DNA of 63,528 nt, filler included, from Nemertoderma westbladi (Eukaryota; Animalia; Xenacoelomorpha): the NCBI GenBank assembly GCA_032718475.1. It is 3 parts of 3 records of this genome, joined end to end, with 100 filler letters (N's around TTAATTAATTAA, not from the genome) between each part and the next. Parts side by side here need not be neighbours in the genome. Positions count along the whole stretch, not along the records: positions 55,688 to 63,528 come from JAUCBJ010004031.1; 2 more parts are not named here. One strand, given 5' to 3'. Positions 58,993-63,528 of the stretch are shown piece by piece. How positions within the stretch are numbered: the first letter of the stretch is position 1; each line of letters begins with the position of its first letter. The notes under the pieces are model-generated. The model made no database searches. It saw nothing but the letters and a program-made list of their open reading frames with translations, and was not told the origin of the DNA. The position numbers were made by a program, and so were the translations under genes.

Positions 58993-59221
58993 GGTGTTAA
59001 ATCAGCTGACCATTTCGGGTTCATATGTCGGGAACACATAGGAACTGAGAGCACCCCTTCTTACTGTTGTTATGTGTTCCGTTGTAGCGACGAAACGGCA
59101 GTCAACAGCATCTTACTTACCGTTCGTGAGGCATTTCATCTGGCTAAACAGACCAAAAAGTACATCCGGTGCGCTAAGTGCCCAATGCACCAACTGCACA
59201 ACTTGTGTTCGGAGATTCAAG
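58993..59221 (+). CDS. TBC1D1: TBC1D1/TBC1D4-like, next exon (end of PTB domain)
   Basis: TTTCAG|GVKSADHFGFICRE...CYVFRCSDETAVNSILLTVREAF...CAKCPMHQLHNLCSEIQG; donor GTTATT is weak, so the 3' boundary is less certain. Confidence 0.85.
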
Positions 59222-59326
59222 GTTATTTATCTAAACTATATTCTTTGTTATAATAAAACTTCTAAAACTACTTTTTATTTGATTGAACTAAATAATAATA
59301 ATAATGTTAGATTTAACTAAAGCGAA

Positions 59327-60582
59327 AGTTCCGTAAAGGTCGTGGGACCATGGAGCCCATTTTGGCACTTAGAAGGATAATTGAAGAGTTATCAAAAAAG
59401 AAAGACAGGCATCTGGCTGTTATCTTTGTTGACTTCTTCAAGGCCTTTGATTCAGTCTCTCGCTCACGTATGTTCAGCATACTTTCATTATATGGGATTC
59501 CTGATGAAATTATTGCAGCAATCAGATCAGTATACGATGGTTCGACAACATTTGTGTCTACTGTTGACGGTGACACAGAACCATTTGAAGTGTTATGGGG
59601 CGTACTCCAAGGAGACACACTTGCACCATTCTTGTTCATTATTGTGGTTGACTATGTTCTACGCATGTCCTTAGATCATCATAATGATGATGGGGTGATG
59701 ATAACTCCACCTACTGGCTCCAGAAGTCGAGGAAATCCTGCCAAGTACCTAACTGATCTAGACTTTGCTGATGACTTAGGAGTACTCTCAGAATCATTAG
59801 AGGGAGCCCAACGGCTCCTCAGCTCATTAGAACATGCTGCTTCTAGTGTTGGTCTTTTTATTAACTCCAGAAAGACCAAAATTCTGACAGTTAACTTTGA
59901 AAGTCCTCAGCAAGTCTCTGATCGGATGAGCATAAGCTCAAAGGATGGTATACTTGAGCATGTGGACGACTTCTGTTACCTGGGATCATGGATCCGGAAG
60001 TCAGGTGAGGACCTTCGAATACGTAAGGGAAAGGCATGGGCAGCTTTGAATAGGCTTTCCAGGATTTGGAAGTCACCTAGAATTAATCGGAAACTTAAGG
60101 TCCGATTATTTAGAGCAGCAGTAGTTCCAGTACTCCTCTACGGGAGTCCATGCTGGGCTCTAACTGCTGAGGACACCAAATCTCTGGATGGCACATTCAC
60201 AAGAATGCTACGCCGGGTACATTGTGTCAAGTACAATGCACACATCTCCAACCAGACACTATATAACATTGGAGGTGTCTCATTGGTTCCCCCAAGCTTG
60301 ACACTAGAACAAAATCGCCTCCGCTTTGCAGGACATTGCTTTCGCCGTGAGGACCAGCCAGTGCATAATCTTGTACTTTGGCAGCCTCATGGAGTGAATA
60401 AGCATGGTGGACAGCCCATGACTTTCTTGAGACGCATCTTAAAGGACACTGGCCTTAAAGATGCGGATGATCTAGCAAATGTCATGGGTGATAGGGAGTT
60501 GTGGCGGTGCAATTTTGTTGACAAGCCGGCACAGCATTCTTAAAAATGCAGCTGCAATGCAGCATGCCGATCCTAGTAGTAG
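59327..60582 (+). mobile_element. 5'-truncated RTE-clade LINE with open RT ORF (59350-60543)
   Basis: 13-bp TSD TAACTAAAGCGAA (59314-59326, 60583-60595); FVDFFKAFDS, GVLQGDTLAP, DFADD, FCYLGS, RLRFAGH; (TAG)n tail. Confidence 0.92.
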
Positions 60583-61137
60583 TAACTAAAGCGAACTTTC
60601 TACAGTAATTATAGGTCAAATGCCCATAACAATAAATAAGTTAAGTTGTTGTTGAGGGAAAGGCTAATCGGTATAAATGAGTCTTTAGCAGCGATTTAAA
60701 TGAGTTCAGGGTGGCAGCAGTGCGAATATTGGGTGGAAGTCCGTTAAATATTTTTGGTGCAGCGGTTGAGAACTTGCGATCACCAAAAGTTTTGTAATTG
60801 GTCCAAAGTATCACTAATGTATGTTCGTATTAATTGTTGACGGTTTGGTTTTGTGTTTATTTCTTTTAAATAGCTGTAAGATGTTTATAATAATGGTGTC
60901 ACATGAATTCTAGAATATTTGCTGATCTGAAAAACCAAACGTGCACTATTGTTCATTAAGGTTGCAACAGAGCTAAAATTTCATCCGGAGCCGGAGCCCG
61001 GAGTTTTCTCCGGGTTACAATATGAGCTCCGGCCGGAGACGGAGCCGGAGATTTGGGGATTGATAATTCCAATGTATTATTATGAAATGGATAAATTTTT
61101 TTCCATCATATGGTAAAATTTGTGAATGATTAAATAA

Positions 61138-63200
61138 AGTTACAAGTTACAAGTTACATGAACATTTGTTACTTTAAAAAGGCTACTTAAAAACGATTTA
61201 GTGACATAAAAGTGAAGAGTTCCTTTACAAAGTATTTACATAGGTGTCGATTCTGGAGCTGGGTCGGGGCGTTGTAAGCTCATAAGAAACAGCTACTCTC
61301 AAGTTGCTTCGGCAGGGTGGAATTTTACTACATGAGTTGTAATGCTCATGGCTAATTGCCGGATTACCGCATAACCAGCAAATACAACCGTCTGTTGGAC
61401 GCCAGCATCGGGGGTCGCTGCAGAGTTTTTGGTGCCATCCGTTCGACACTAGCTGTGCTCCGGCCCGGCGGCGTTTTCCAGTAAGATATTGTAGATCAAC
61501 AGGGCAACTATTTGGATCATCTACTGCAAGCAGGATGGCTGTTGACGAGGAATATCGGCTGATGCCACACCATAACTTCCAGTAGAAAGCGCGGAGTCGT
61601 TGAATGGAGTTGGAGTCGTTATTGTATAGATGATCGTACTGACCATTCGCTCCATTTTTTGTGGAGAACACGATACCGAGGTAATTGAAGGATGTGCGGA
61701 ATTCTAGTTGTTGGCCACTGTACTCAAGCTTATCGTTGTTGGATCGTGGGCCACCACGTCGGAATTTGACAACTTTAGTTTTGCTTATATTGACAGTCAA
61801 ACGGTTCATATGGCAGTATTCTTCAAGAGCCCGCAGACTGTTGTGAACATCGATGATATTGTTTCCAACGATGACAAGGTCATCTGCATACATTATCGTA
61901 AAATAAATAAAGGAGGAAAAATCAGTGGGAGGAATCAGTGGGAGGAATCAGTGGGAGGAATCAGTGGAAGGAATCAGTGGGAGGAATCAGTGGGAGGAAT
62001 CAGTGGGAGGAATCAGTGGGAGGAATCAGTGGGAGGAATCAGTGGGAGGAATCAGTGGGAGGAATCAGTGGGAGGTCGGTTGGGATATGAAGAGACTAAA
62101 TAGTATGGGTGAAAGCTTATCGCCCTAATTACTCCTGTTATTTGGGTAATGTGATCAAGAACATATTGACCAATACAAATATATATAAAATTTATAGAGA
62201 TAATGGCCCAGATAGCAGTAATGAATTTTCTACTGACACCTATTGATGACAGTTTTTGCACAGCCGTGAGCGGTCGATAGAGTCAAATGCTTTCGTGAAA
62301 TCTACAAAAACGCAGTATATGCCCATCCGCAGGTTGGAGCGCAATTTGTATACGCTCATAATAGTCGATTTATTCTTCCAGAATCCATACTGCTCTGGCG
62401 GAAGCTTATTGTGAGCCTCAGCCCAAGAGGATAATCGCGTATACAATATTGATGTATAGGACTTGAGTAGACATGACAGAAGTGCTATTCCACGATACTT
62501 GTCCGGCGAAGACCGGTCTCCTTTGCCCTTATAGAAGGGAATTCGATGGGAGGTTAACCAGACGATCGGACATACCGCAGTGTTGAAACAGAGGGTAAAT
62601 AGGGCGAATAGGTATGACAGTAAAAGTCCAAATCCCAATTTTATAGCCTATTTGGTTATGCCGTCAGGACCTGAAGCTTTCCCGTTCTTCTGGCTGTTCA
62701 CTGCATTTGTGATTTAAGAAGCCTCTATTGGTTGATCAAGTTCCTCAGAGTTATTATCTGGCAAATCCGGCATATTTTTGTGAATATCTCTGTTTAGAAG
62801 AGTGGAGAAATGAGTTGACCATTGATCCTCCGGTACTTGTTGAGCTGCAGGTTTCTCCTGGGAGCTATCTTTCAGAATATTCCAGAAGTTAGCCTTGTCA
62901 TTTTCGCATTCCTCAATTAAACGGAGTTCTTTTTGTGCATAATAGGAAGCTCTTTTCTCACGAATGAGTTTACTGTATTGGCGCTTGTATTGACTATGAG
63001 CATCACGTGTTTCTTGGAAAACATTTCCCTTCCGATTGTGGAAGGCAATATTCAGCTTTTTCTTAGCTTCATAACAATCATTATTCAACCAGGGATTGCG
63101 TTTCTGAGATCTAGGTGGGACTGCTGCTCTTTTTAGTGCTGAACTCATATGAGCGTCATTTACAGGCGTCATTTACACCAGAGGATAGAGCGACATTGAA
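61138..63200 (-). pseudogene. Degenerate LINE ORF2 (RT plus C-terminal Cys/His finger) with (TGTAACT)n tail
   Basis: Fragmented ORFs: NPWLNNDC; YRGIALLS; QYGF; FVDFTKAFDSIDR; YADDL; FNYLG; CWLCG...HEHYNSC. Confidence 0.85.
61920..62075. repeat. 13-bp minisatellite (AATCAGTGGGAGG) x12
   Basis: Directly visible. Confidence 0.97.
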
Positions 63201-63528
63201 CTCCTCCCAACTAAGACAACGTATTATTATAGTAGACAGATGTGTTCATGAGACAGGGGGGCGGGGGCGGGAGGGGGCGGGGGGGGGGGGGGGGGATTTG
63301 GCGCAAATTGTTTCTCGGCGAATTAATATCCCGCCTCAATGTTAAATTATCAATTAAGGGAAATGAGCAGTTTACAGTGGCATGTTATTCTAAACAAAGC
63401 AATAAACTAAATTTAGAACCGGTTACAGTTTTATTTTTTGGAGTAATCAGCTGTTAAATGTGGGATAAAAGAGAGCAATTCTTGAATTATTTTATAAATA
63501 GCATGATGTAAATAAAATAGTTCTAGCT

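Overview
AT-rich eukaryotic (probably invertebrate metazoan) genomic scaffold with two 100-bp assembly gaps, made mostly of nested transposable elements. Stack 1 (6.3-27.1 kb): a short TIR element contains a Penelope-like GIY-YIG fragment. That fragment carries a solo LTR and a young BEL/Pao element (A, tRNA-Tyr PBS, identical LTRs), whose gag-pol is split in frame by an antisense non-autonomous Gag-protease BEL-like element (B). Stack 2 (35.5-51.7 kb): a duplicated EGF-Ca exon unit contains an Academ (XPG-type) element, which contains a Merlin element, which contains BEL-like element C (same family as B). Also present: piggyBac-like MITEs, a mariner relic, CR1-like, RTE, CRE and RTEX-like LINE pieces, minisatellites, two calcium-binding EGF exons and two exons of a TBC1D1/TBC1D4-like gene. 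Best lead: B and C lack a tRNA PBS. The 11-12 nt after their 5' LTR are instead complementary to a homologous site inside their own LTR, with four compensatory changes between the two elements, suggesting Tf1-style self-priming in a BEL/Pao-derived family. All calls are by eye; no searches or alignments were run.
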